Assembly: GCA_965220765.1 (NCBI GenBank)
Contig: OZ244847.1
Span: forward strand, 3,200,699-3,264,698
Length of the DNA: 64,000 nucleotides
Reading direction: 5' to 3'
From: Candidatus Latescibacterota bacterium
GTDB taxonomy: Bacteria > Latescibacterota > UBA2968
Part shown: in pieces, positions 50,241-59,436 of the stretch
How positions within the stretch are numbered: position 1 is the first letter of the stretch
How the letters are laid out: each line of letters opens with the position of its first letter
Made by a program: the position numbers and the translations under genes
Notes under the pieces: generated by a model
The model's input: only the letters and a program-made list of their open reading frames with translations
Database searches by the model: none
What the model was told of the DNA's origin: nothing

Positions 50241-50260
50241 TCTATAACGGCCCACAACAC

Positions 50261-52927
50261 TTAAAATTTGAAATCGTAACTGGCCTTTGCGTATAGGAAT
50301 GTGCCGCCAAAGCCATAAGGGCTGTACTCACCGAATGGTCTGCCAACAATGGGGCCTGGATTGACACCTTCTTCGATATTATCAGGCTCGACATCGAGAA
50401 TATTTTGAATACCAGCGGTTATGGTCGCTCCGTTGCCAAGAGAAAGGCTGGACTCGAGGTCGATCAAAACCGCGCTCCCAAAGACTTGATGGCCCACACT
50501 CCACTCATCCCAGGAACCGTAATAATTGACGCGCCCCAATGCACTCCAATAAGGCGTTATAGGTTTTGACAGAGTCAAATTTCCGCGATGCCTGGGAAGG
50601 CCTTTCTCCAATAGCGTGATGCGCTGTTCGTCGAGAAGGGCCGGATCGTGTTTGGTCACTTCGGTGTTGGTGTAGTTATACGCGACACTCAGTGCGCCAT
50701 AACACCAAACTGGCGCCGTGAGAACAAAGTCAATCCCCTGGGTTTGCGTTTCAAAGTCGTTGGTAAAGAACGCGAATTCCTGCAGGTTTCTCGCATTGAT
50801 GCCCGTAGCCTCCAACTGGTCAATTTGTTGCGGTGTAAGTGCCTTGTCGCTGGAGGTTGTCATGCGATCTTTCACTGAAATATTGAAATAGTCTATCGTT
50901 ATATTGAGTGGGGCGATATTGGTATCAACGGGATAAACGTGCTTCGTAAAAATAAGGCCCGCCGAGATATTGATCGACTTTTCTGGTTTAAGCCCCTCGC
51001 CACCTACCAATGCCGCTGCGGGATGGATAGAGGGAATCGTGCCTCTATTGACCAGGATAAAATTGCCGTCGTCATCTTCGCCGAACTCGGTCGTGACATT
51101 AAAGGCATTTTGCTGGCCGGGCGTGGGTGCTCTAAAGCCCGTGCTAAAACTGCCGCGCACTCTCACATTTTCATTTACTTCGAAGTTGGTCGCCAGCTTG
51201 AAATTGGTCGTGGCACCAAAATCCTCAAAGTTTTCAAAGCGCAGAGCAGCACCGAGCAACCAGTTCTCCTGTGGATTAAATTCGGCATCTGCATAAATCG
51301 CCCAGTTGGAACGGCTCCAATTCCCGGAGGCAATATCGCCAAAACCGGGAAAGCCGTTGGAAGCCGAGCTAAATCCCTGGCTCGCCAGAGGGCCTATTTC
51401 AAAAGACTCGCGCTGTCCGGGCACAACTTCAAAGTTTTCAATGCGATATTCAAGACCGGTAGCGAAAAAGAATTCTTCGCTGAACGGATACGTCACATCA
51501 AAATTGAAATTGGTATCCGTCTGGATATAGTCTCCGGGGTTAAATTCCGTTGGCGTGTTGGGCCCCAGAGAGGCGTTTACCGTATTGAAAATGAAGAAAT
51601 CAGAGTGGTGACGACCATAAGATGCGCTGAGGTCCCATGTCAGCAGCGACCGCGTTCCCCTGATACCCGCCAAAAAGGCACGATCTACCGTATTTCCGCC
51701 AAATCGGGGGGTGAACCCGCCGGGAAAGAGTTCCTGGAATGTGAACAAATTGGGATCGTCGAAAACCTGTTTTAAGGCTATCGGATCTGGCTCCGAGCAG
51801 GTTATGGCTACCACAGGAACATCGCCACCGCTCATGTTGCCAACGAGCAATGTCGCGACCAGATTGCCGTTTACGCCATCGACAATCCCCAAGGCTTCGG
51901 CTTCCGATTTCGTGTAATAGTTAGTGCCATCCCACATCAATACGGGTCCCTGATAGACAGCACCGCGCGTATTGGGATTGCGGAAGTAGAAACCACCCTC
52001 AACTTCCTTGCTCGCATAGTTACCGTGCCCGTAAAACTCGATATTCTCGTTAATATTAGCACCGTAATTGGCAAAAATTTTCAGGTCGTCTCTAACAAAG
52101 GGTTGACCCCAGTTTTGTGCGGGATCCTTCACATGGGTATTGCCAACGCGTATCAAACGCGCTGCATCGTCGCGTTGAACAGCTCGGTCAGTTTCATCCG
52201 TATTGCCGTATTCCACGCTGAGGTTGATCCAGGTATCGGGTGTACCCAGACCGATATTGCCAGCCAGGGCGTAAGTGCCTCCGTCCCCTTGCCGGAAAAT
52301 ACCGGGTTTGATTTCAATAGAGCCGCCTTCGTAATTGTCTTTGAGTTCAAAATTCAACACGCCTGCAATGGCGTCAGAACCGTATTGCGCGGACGCGCCA
52401 TCGCGCAGGACTTCCACGCGCTTGAGGGCAATACTCGGGATAGCGGATATGTCGGGACCTTGCGCGGCATTGGAGAGACCATTGCCCAACCAATAAATTA
52501 CGGATGCGCGGTGGCGTCGCTTGCCGTTGACGAGCACCAGCGCGTGGTCGGGGGCCAGTCCTCGCAGATTGGGCGGTCGTACGACAGTTGCTGCATCACT
52601 GATCGGTTGGAGGTTGACATTGTAAGACGGCACGACGTTTCTCAGCAAGTCCTGTACATCGCTACCGCCTTGCTTAACAAAATCTTCACCGGTAACCACA
52701 TCGATGGGTACAGCGGATTCGGTGACAGAACGCGGTTGTGCGCGGGTACCGATGACCACCAATTCTTCGAGCACGACCACTTCTTCGAGTATGTCTGTGA
52801 GCGGGGGTAAGGCAGTTGTATCCGCGCTTTCGGTACGCGGTGCTTCCTGTGATACTACAGCACCACTCATCGCAAGCAGGGCAACGAGGCCAAGGGCGAG
52901 AGACTTAAAATGGAATTTATGTTGCAT
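50261..52927 (-). CDS. TonB-dependent outer membrane receptor (paralog 1)
   Basis: Signal peptide and a plug domain, followed by a 22-strand barrel that ends in a C-terminal F. Start placed at the ATG at 52925-52927 after a GGAGG RBS (M35 of the track ORF). Confidence 0.85.
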   Translation of the reverse strand: MQHKFHFKSLALGLVALLAMSGAVVSQEAPRTESADTTALPPLTDILEEVVVLEELVVIGTRAQPRSVTESAVPIDVVTGEDFVKQGGSDVQDLLRNVVPSYNVNLQPISDAATVVRPPNLRGLAPDHALVLVNGKRRHRASVIYWLGNGLSNAAQGPDISAIPSIALKRVEVLRDGASAQYGSDAIAGVLNFELKDNYEGGSIEIKPGIFRQGDGGTYALAGNIGLGTPDTWINLSVEYGNTDETDRAVQRDDAARLIRVGNTHVKDPAQNWGQPFVRDDLKIFANYGANINENIEFYGHGNYASKEVEGGFYFRNPNTRGAVYQGPVLMWDGTNYYTKSEAEALGIVDGVNGNLVATLLVGNMSGGDVPVVAITCSEPDPIALKQVFDDPNLFTFQELFPGGFTPRFGGNTVDRAFLAGIRGTRSLLTWDLSASYGRHHSDFFIFNTVNASLGPNTPTEFNPGDYIQTDTNFNFDVTYPFSEEFFFATGLEYRIENFEVVPGQRESFEIGPLASQGFSSASNGFPGFGDIASGNWSRSNWAIYADAEFNPQENWLLGAALRFENFEDFGATTNFKLATNFEVNENVRVRGSFSTGFRAPTPGQQNAFNVTTEFGEDDDGNFILVNRGTIPSIHPAAALVGGEGLKPEKSINISAGLIFTKHVYPVDTNIAPLNITIDYFNISVKDRMTTSSDKALTPQQIDQLEATGINARNLQEFAFFTNDFETQTQGIDFVLTAPVWCYGALSVAYNYTNTEVTKHDPALLDEQRITLLEKGLPRHRGNLTLSKPITPYWSALGRVNYYGSWDEWSVGHQVFGSAVLIDLESSLSLGNGATITAGIQNILDVEPDNIEEGVNPGPIVGRPFGEYSPYGFGGTFLYAKASYDFKF

Positions 52928-53049
52928 AAAAAACCTCCGTTGTGTTAGAAACACGGGGGTGAGATACGGCTTTGGACTGTACGCATTCCAGATTAGACAA
53001 AAAATAACTTGAGATTTACTCAGCGTCAATATCTATTACAAATTATTAC

Positions 53050-53081
53050 AAAAAAGAAGCCGCGTTAAAAAACGCGGCTTC
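53050..53081 (-). terminator. Rho-independent terminator after TonB-dependent receptor paralog 2
   Basis: GAAGCCGCGTT-aaaaa-AACGCGGCTTC hairpin with a T-run on the minus strand. Confidence 0.6.
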
Positions 53082-53116
53082 TCAGTGATTAGGTGAACAA
53101 TCCTTTGAACTACGAC

Positions 53117-55846
53117 CTAAAAGCCGAAGTTGTATTTGGCGTACCAGAACGCGCCACTAAAACCAAATGGGCTGTACTGGCTGTATAAATGGCCAGAACC
53201 ACTCGTTGCATGAGGATTGATGTCGGGATAGATATCGAGGATGTTCTGCGCGCCAACGGTTACCGTTGAGTGCTCGGCAATGGTGTAACTAACTTCGGCG
53301 TCCAGTATCCATTCGTCGCCATAAATGAAGTCGTCTTCTTGATCGTACCACGAACTGTAATACCGGAGACGACCCAGCACCTCAAACATATCGTTCAGCG
53401 GTTTGACTACCGTCAGATTCCCGCGGTGTTTGGGCAAAGCCCCTTGTATTTCTCGAATCCTTTGATCATCCATGGTTGCTGGATTGTGTTTGGTCACTTC
53501 GGTATTCGTCAAGTTATACGCCAGACTCAGTTGACCATCACACCACACCGGAGCCGTAAGCACGACGTCAATACCCTGGGTTTTGGTGTCAAAATCATTG
53601 ATGAAAAACTTGAAATTGGTAATAAAATTCGCAGCGGTGATACCCGCATTGAGCAGTTCATCGACCTCTGCTTGGGTCAGGGAGAAATTTTGCGAGAGCG
53701 TCAGGCGTCCCTTTACCAAAATGTGGAAATAGTCCACCGTGATGTTGACAGGAGGGATACCGGTATCCACGGGAAAAACGGGAATTTCAAAAACAATACC
53801 AGCCGAGATATTGGTTGATTTTTCGGGATCGAGCGGCTCACCACCCTTGGATTCTGCGACGGGATTGTTTGACGGAATTGTGCCGTCATTTGTCAAATCA
53901 CCGATTGCGGGATCGAAGATCGTGGATACGTTAAAGGCATTTTGCTGTCCGGGCGTGGGTGCTCTGAAACCCGTGCTAAAACTGCCGCGCACTTTTGTAT
54001 TCTCGTTAAGCCCGTAATTGGTCGCCACTTTAAAGTTCGTCGTGGATCCAAAATCATCGAAGTTTTCAAAGCGCAGCGCTGCACCGAGCAGCCAGTTCTC
54101 TTGCGGGTTAAATTCGGCGTCTCCATAAATCGCCCAGTTGGAGCGGCTCCAGGTGCCTGCGGCAATTTCACCAAATCCCGAGAACCCGTTGGACGCGACA
54201 GTAAATCCATACTCTGCCAGCGGGCCTTTTACCCATGATTCTCGTTGCCCCTGCACAATTTCAAAATTTTCTGTGCGGTATTCAAGACCAGCGGCAAAGA
54301 AAAACTGTTCGCTGAACGGATAGGTGATATCAAAGTTGAAATTGGTATCTGTCTGGATATAGGTTCCAGGATCAAAATACGGTGCATCTTCGTGACTGGG
54401 ATCAACTTGTGGTCCATTGGGCCAGGGTTGGTTGGGACCCAAAGAGGCATTTACAGTATTGAAGATGAAGTAATCGGCTTCGTTGCGCCCATAAGACGCG
54501 CTGAGATCCCATGTCATCAGCCCTTGCGATCCCTTGATACCCGCCAGAAAGGCGCGGTCATCCATAAACGCGCCAAATCGGGGCGTGAAGCCGCCGGGAA
54601 AGAGTTCCTGGAATGTGAACCAATCGGAGTTGTCGAAAACGCGTTGTAAGGCTGCTGCATCCGGCACATGGCAAAATATGCGCACGATGAACTCTTGGGG
54701 AATTCTAAGACCAGTATCTTCGGAAGGTTCGAGAACCTGGCTCAGATTGCCGGTGAGTAATGTCGCTGTCAGCGTTCCGTTTACGCCATCGACAATACCG
54801 AGTTCCGCAGCTTTGTCCGGATGATAATAAGTGGCACCGTCCCACATCACTACGGGGCCTCTGAATACGCCACTTCGCGTATTGGGATTTCGGAAGTAGA
54901 AACCGCCTTCAACTTCTTTGCTCGCATAGTTGCCATGTCCGTATAATTTGACATTGTCATTGATGTTAATACCGTAGTTGGCAAAGAGTTTCAGGTCGTC
55001 TCTAATGTAGGGTTGTCCCCAAATTTGTGCGGGATTTTCCACACGGGTATTGCCCACGCGTATCAATCGCGCGGCATCGTCGCGTTGCACGGAACGGTCG
55101 GTTTCGTCCTCGTTGCCATATTCCGCGCTGAAATTGACCCAGGCATCTGGCGTGCCCAGACCGATATTGCCTGCAAAAGCATAACCGAAACCATCGCCTT
55201 GCTGAAAAATGCCGGGTTTGACCTCAAAAGAACCACCTTCGTAATTGTCTTTAAGTTCGAAATTCAACACGCCAGCAATGGCGTCAGAGCCGTACTGTGC
55301 GGATGCGCCATCGCGCAGGACTTCTACACGCTTGATGGCGATAGAGGGGATGGGGGCTATGTCCGGCCCCTGTGCGCCGTCGGCGACACCATTGGTTATC
55401 CAGTGAATGACAGCGGCGCGGTGGCGACGCTTGTTATTGATAAGGACCAGCGTGTGGTCTGGAGCCAGTCCTCGCATGCTGGGCGGGCGCACGACGGTTG
55501 AGGCATCGCTAATCGGGTTTGTATTCACGTTGTAGGATGGCACCATGTCTCTTAGAAGATTTTGTACATCCGTATCGCCTTGCTTGACAAAATCTTCGCC
55601 GGTAACGACATCAATAGGCACTGCGGACTCGGCGACAGAACGCGGTTGTGCGCGTGAACCAATGACCACCAATTCTTCGAGTATGACCACTTCTTCGAGT
55701 ATATCTGTAAGCGGGGGTAAGGTAGCTGTTGTATCCGCCTCTTCAGTACGCGGTTTTTCCTCTTCCTGCGATATGGCAGGTCCACTCATCGCAAGCAGGG
55801 CAGCAATGCCAAGGGTGAGGCCCTTAAAATGAGTCTTAGATTTCAT
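53117..55846 (-). CDS. TonB-dependent outer membrane receptor (paralog 2)
   Basis: 909 aa with high similarity to paralog 1 over its whole length (signal peptide, plug, barrel). AAGGAG RBS. Confidence 0.85.
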   Translation of the reverse strand: MKSKTHFKGLTLGIAALLAMSGPAISQEEEKPRTEEADTTATLPPLTDILEEVVILEELVVIGSRAQPRSVAESAVPIDVVTGEDFVKQGDTDVQNLLRDMVPSYNVNTNPISDASTVVRPPSMRGLAPDHTLVLINNKRRHRAAVIHWITNGVADGAQGPDIAPIPSIAIKRVEVLRDGASAQYGSDAIAGVLNFELKDNYEGGSFEVKPGIFQQGDGFGYAFAGNIGLGTPDAWVNFSAEYGNEDETDRSVQRDDAARLIRVGNTRVENPAQIWGQPYIRDDLKLFANYGININDNVKLYGHGNYASKEVEGGFYFRNPNTRSGVFRGPVVMWDGATYYHPDKAAELGIVDGVNGTLTATLLTGNLSQVLEPSEDTGLRIPQEFIVRIFCHVPDAAALQRVFDNSDWFTFQELFPGGFTPRFGAFMDDRAFLAGIKGSQGLMTWDLSASYGRNEADYFIFNTVNASLGPNQPWPNGPQVDPSHEDAPYFDPGTYIQTDTNFNFDITYPFSEQFFFAAGLEYRTENFEIVQGQRESWVKGPLAEYGFTVASNGFSGFGEIAAGTWSRSNWAIYGDAEFNPQENWLLGAALRFENFDDFGSTTNFKVATNYGLNENTKVRGSFSTGFRAPTPGQQNAFNVSTIFDPAIGDLTNDGTIPSNNPVAESKGGEPLDPEKSTNISAGIVFEIPVFPVDTGIPPVNITVDYFHILVKGRLTLSQNFSLTQAEVDELLNAGITAANFITNFKFFINDFDTKTQGIDVVLTAPVWCDGQLSLAYNLTNTEVTKHNPATMDDQRIREIQGALPKHRGNLTVVKPLNDMFEVLGRLRYYSSWYDQEDDFIYGDEWILDAEVSYTIAEHSTVTVGAQNILDIYPDINPHATSGSGHLYSQYSPFGFSGAFWYAKYNFGF

Positions 55847-56009
55847 AAAAGGACTCCTTTAAAAAAATGGAGGAGAAATATGGTGAGGTTTTACACTTCG
55901 GGCAATTTAGTCTATAAAATAACTCTATATACGGAATACGTCAACATATATTTCTATAACTGCTAATTTGCAATTAAGGGTATCTTTATATATATTTCTG
56001 CGTTTATGA

Positions 56010-56216
56010 GTGAGATGTAAAGACCCACTATATTCACCTGAAGGAGATTGCGTTTTGAAGTCCAGTTACGTAAATAAAGACCTCGAAGAAACCAGACGGC
56101 TACTGACGCTGGTGCGGCAGGGTGGAAAGCGAGGCAAAAAGGCGCGTAAGAAATTGGAAGCCAAAGGCATCAGATATTATACATCTGAAGAAGCCGAGAG
56201 CCTCGGTATTGAATAA
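56010..56216 (+). CDS. Hypothetical small lysine-rich protein (57-68 aa)
   Basis: ORF with an alternative TTG start at 56055 preceded by an AAGGAG RBS. Followed by a hairpin plus T-run immediately before mobA. Confidence 0.3.
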   Translation: MRCKDPLYSPEGDCVLKSSYVNKDLEETRRLLTLVRQGGKRGKKARKKLEAKGIRYYTSEEAESLGIE

Positions 56217-56251
56217 AAAAGAAAGGCGTGCGAAAGCGGCCTTTTTTTCCT

Positions 56252-56857
56252 ATGAATGACGCGGGAATCATCCTTGTAGGCGGCGAAAGCAGACGAATGG
56301 GCAAACCCAAGTATAGCTTGCCCTTTGGCGATGAAACTCTGCTTCAGCGAAGTGTCAGAAATCTGAGAGGGGCTGTTTGTCCAATTGTAATTGTAGGCGC
56401 GCCCGATCAGGATTTACCCGCCATACCCCATATCCTGTCTATATGCGATCCCATTGCCGGGCAAGGTCCGTCAATGGGACTGATGACAGGATTAAAACAT
56501 GTCGAAGGCATTTCTGAATGGGCACTGGGGACGGGTTGCGACATGCCATTTATCAGTACTGAATTGGTCCAGTACCTCAAATCGTGCAGAACATCAGAGG
56601 CAGAGATCGTCATTCCTCGGATAGATGGGCAGTATTATCCTTTGTGCGCGCTTTATCGAACTGCTATATGGCGAAAGGCCAAATTGCTACTCGAAAAAGG
56701 AGAACGGCGACTTTTGACATTGGTCAATGCCTGCCGCGTTCAGATTGTTGAACAAGAGGCACTCATACAAATTGATCCCGACCTTCGTTTTTTAATGAAT
56801 ATCAATACGCCTCAATGTTATCAGCGTGCCCTTGAATTAGCTGGCTTGCAGCGATGA
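56252..56857 (+). CDS. mobA: Molybdenum cofactor guanylyltransferase MobA
   Basis: N-terminal GIILVGGESRRMG nucleotide-binding motif. Start at the ATG at 56252 downstream of the terminator hairpin. Confidence 0.75.
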   Translation: MNDAGIILVGGESRRMGKPKYSLPFGDETLLQRSVRNLRGAVCPIVIVGAPDQDLPAIPHILSICDPIAGQGPSMGLMTGLKHVEGISEWALGTGCDMPFISTELVQYLKSCRTSEAEIVIPRIDGQYYPLCALYRTAIWRKAKLLLEKGERRLLTLVNACRVQIVEQEALIQIDPDLRFLMNINTPQCYQRALELAGLQR

Positions 56858-56946
56858 GGTTGGGTGAAGCTATCCACGGTTGACGATATTCTTTTTTCCC
56901 ATATATTGCCACGTATCCATTTACTTATCACTAAGGAGTTATCACG

Positions 56947-57249
56947 ATGGCTATTGAAGACAAAACCCTGCTGACCGAAGATGAGATTCGCGCGGAGGTT
57001 GCCGATCTCGAAGGATGGGAATATTTGGAAGACGCAAAAGAATTGCAGCGCGTTTGGCATTTTGAAAAATTTGTGCCAACTATGGCTTTTGTACGCAGGC
57101 TAACAGAGATTATGGATGAAAATAATCACCATTCGGATATCAGCCTCAACAGCCGAACAAAAACTCTCACAGTCACGGTGACGACCCATAGTGAAAATGC
57201 CGTCACCCGTGCAGATATCGATTTTGCAGGCGCAGTAAATAGAGGATAG
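56947..57249 (+). CDS. Pterin-4a-carbinolamine dehydratase (PCD/DCoH)
   Basis: 100 aa. EGWEYLEDAKELQRVWHFEKF and the catalytic His-containing region match the PCD consensus. Confidence 0.8.
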   Translation: MAIEDKTLLTEDEIRAEVADLEGWEYLEDAKELQRVWHFEKFVPTMAFVRRLTEIMDENNHHSDISLNSRTKTLTVTVTTHSENAVTRADIDFAGAVNRG

Positions 57250-57267
57250 AAAAGCATTGGAGATGGA

Positions 57268-58620
57268 ATGAAGGTAAATGTCAATATTCAGCCTGGCGAC
57301 CTGAAAGTCAGGCTGAATCGTTTTTTTGAACTGGCCGCACAGAAAATTCGGAATATCGATTCAACGTGGGACCCCGGCCGGGGAACACCAGTATTTACAG
57401 AAGGAGGTAAATACACCACGCGCGGATGGACGGAGTGGACGCAGGGATTCCAATTTGGATGTGCCATTTTGGGATATGAAATTACAGGCGAGGAAGATTT
57501 ATTGCGGATTGGGCGCAAGGGCACGGTCGAGCGAATGGCGTCTCATGTGACGCATATTGGCGTACATGATCACGGGTTTAACAATGTATCGACCTATGGC
57601 AATTTGAGACGGTTGATGCGAGAAGGTATGATTCCAGAAAACGAGTGGGAGCAGCACTTTTACGAACTGGCACTCAAAGCATCTGGCGCTGTTCAGGCTG
57701 CTCGCTGGACGACCATTGGTGATGGGAAAGGGTATATTCATTCATTTAATGGACCGCATTCCCTGTTTTCAGATACCATCAGGTCCTGTCGCGCACTGGC
57801 TGTAGCACACGACCTCGGTCACGTTTTAATGGGGGAGAATGACCTCGCAATTTCGCTGCTCGGGCGCTTGATTCACCACGCTGAGACGACCGCGCAGTTC
57901 AATGTGTATTACGGCGAGGGGCGCGATCGATACGATGTGCGAGGACGGGTTGTACACGAGTCCATTTTTAATGTCGCCGACGGCAATTACCGCTGCCCGA
58001 GTACACAGCAGGGGTATTCACCGTTTTCGACATGGACCCGGGGGTTGGCCTGGATTGTGACTGGCTATGCAGAACTACTCGAATATGTGGCGCACCTGTC
58101 GGATGACGCACTTGATCTTTATGGCGGTAGGGACGCGATCAATGATTCGATGCTCAAGGCCGCGTGTGCAACGGCAGATTATTATATCGATAGTATCACT
58201 TCTGCCGATGGCATTCCATTTTGGGATGCAGGCGCGCCGGGCCTGGTTGAAGGCTATGGGGATAAAATATCAGATCCTTACAATACAAGCGAACCCGTGG
58301 ATAGTTCTGCCGCTGCCATTGCCGCGCAAGGGCTTTACCGTTTGGGCAAATATCTGGATGATGCGCGTTATAGGCAGGCTGCATTAACCGTTGCTCATAC
58401 GCTATTTGATGCACCCTATTTGTCCGAGAGTGAAGAGCATCAGGGTCTTATTCTGCATTCTATTTATCACAATCCCAATGGGTGGGACTATGTGCCGAGT
58501 GGACAAAAAGTCGCATGCGGCGAGTCTTCTATGTGGGGAGATTACCACGCGATGGAATTGGCTGTTTTGCTCCAGCGGGAGATGGAGAACGCATCATATC
58601 TGACGTTTTTTGATCAATAA
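57268..58620 (+). CDS. Hypothetical (alpha/alpha)6-barrel glycoside hydrolase-like protein (GH88/GH105/AGE-like)
   Basis: 450 aa. Repeated aromatic/acidic motifs (HDHGFNN, WTRGLAW, DAG..G) suggest a six-hairpin glycosidase fold. The family was not resolved. Confidence 0.35.
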   Translation: MKVNVNIQPGDLKVRLNRFFELAAQKIRNIDSTWDPGRGTPVFTEGGKYTTRGWTEWTQGFQFGCAILGYEITGEEDLLRIGRKGTVERMASHVTHIGVHDHGFNNVSTYGNLRRLMREGMIPENEWEQHFYELALKASGAVQAARWTTIGDGKGYIHSFNGPHSLFSDTIRSCRALAVAHDLGHVLMGENDLAISLLGRLIHHAETTAQFNVYYGEGRDRYDVRGRVVHESIFNVADGNYRCPSTQQGYSPFSTWTRGLAWIVTGYAELLEYVAHLSDDALDLYGGRDAINDSMLKAACATADYYIDSITSADGIPFWDAGAPGLVEGYGDKISDPYNTSEPVDSSAAAIAAQGLYRLGKYLDDARYRQAALTVAHTLFDAPYLSESEEHQGLILHSIYHNPNGWDYVPSGQKVACGESSMWGDYHAMELAVLLQREMENASYLTFFDQ

Positions 58621-58633
58621 AAGTGGGTGGAGG

Positions 58634-59434
58634 ATGTGGCGAATATTAAATAAAAGAACTTCAGCATATACATGGATAATTGGCCTTCTTTTTGCTGGCT
58701 TCACGTCTCAAAGTGAAGCCGATTCCTTCGATTATGCACCGCTTAACCGCGTGCTCGGCCGGGTTGTAAATGCACAGGGACGCGTGGATTACGAGGCCGC
58801 AAAAACAGATGCGGATCTGCAGGCTTTTGTAGATCAACTCGCACGGATCAGTCCAGATACACATCCCGCGCTTTTTTCCAGTCGCGCAGATAGCCTTGCC
58901 TTTTGGATCAATGCGTACAATGCCTGTGTACTTGCGGGGGTCTCAAAAGCCTATCCCATTTCTTCTGTCACCGAAATCGCGCCTGCTTTTGGCTTTTTTA
59001 AGATATATCGGTTTGTCGTTGGTGGGCACAGATTCACATTGGATCACATTGAGCACGAGATTATTCGCAAGCAGTTTGCCGATCCACGCATTCACGCGGC
59101 AATCAATTGCGCGGCAGTGAGTTGCCCGCGTTTGCTCAACAAAGCATTTACGCCTGACAAACTGGATGATCAACTCAATTCGGTTATGCGAGATATGATT
59201 CACAACCCAATGCACGTTCAGATCAATCGTGAGACGAGGGTTGTGAGTCTATCTGCGATTTTTGATTGGTTTGCCTCTGATTTCACATCTTATGTGCAAG
59301 CGCGTGAGGCAGGCGGGACTGTGTTGGATTATGTCTCTCTTTTTTTATTGAAAGACGATATCCTTTATTTGCAAAATCACCCCGATCTTCAAATTGTATT
59401 TTTAGATTACGATTGGTCTCTGAATAGCCAGTAA
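58634..59434 (+). CDS. DUF547-family secreted protein
   Basis: Signal peptide (TSAYTWIIGLLFAGFTSQSEA) and a DUF547-like core. Start at the ATG at 58634 after a GGAGG RBS. Confidence 0.5.
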   Translation: MWRILNKRTSAYTWIIGLLFAGFTSQSEADSFDYAPLNRVLGRVVNAQGRVDYEAAKTDADLQAFVDQLARISPDTHPALFSSRADSLAFWINAYNACVLAGVSKAYPISSVTEIAPAFGFFKIYRFVVGGHRFTLDHIEHEIIRKQFADPRIHAAINCAAVSCPRLLNKAFTPDKLDDQLNSVMRDMIHNPMHVQINRETRVVSLSAIFDWFASDFTSYVQAREAGGTVLDYVSLFLLKDDILYLQNHPDLQIVFLDYDWSLNSQ

Positions 59435-59436
59435 AA

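Noticed and set aside
50939-52810. Two long plus-strand ORFs (278 and 261 aa), and similar ones at 53270-55501
   Set aside because: They lie antisense inside the TonB-dependent receptor genes. The Gly/Arg-rich translations are typical of reverse frames of beta-barrel genes.
50261-55846. Repeated sequence blocks that might be taken for a CRISPR or repeat array
   Set aside because: The repeats are long paralogous coding segments of two TonB-dependent receptor genes. They are not short regularly spaced direct repeats with spacers.
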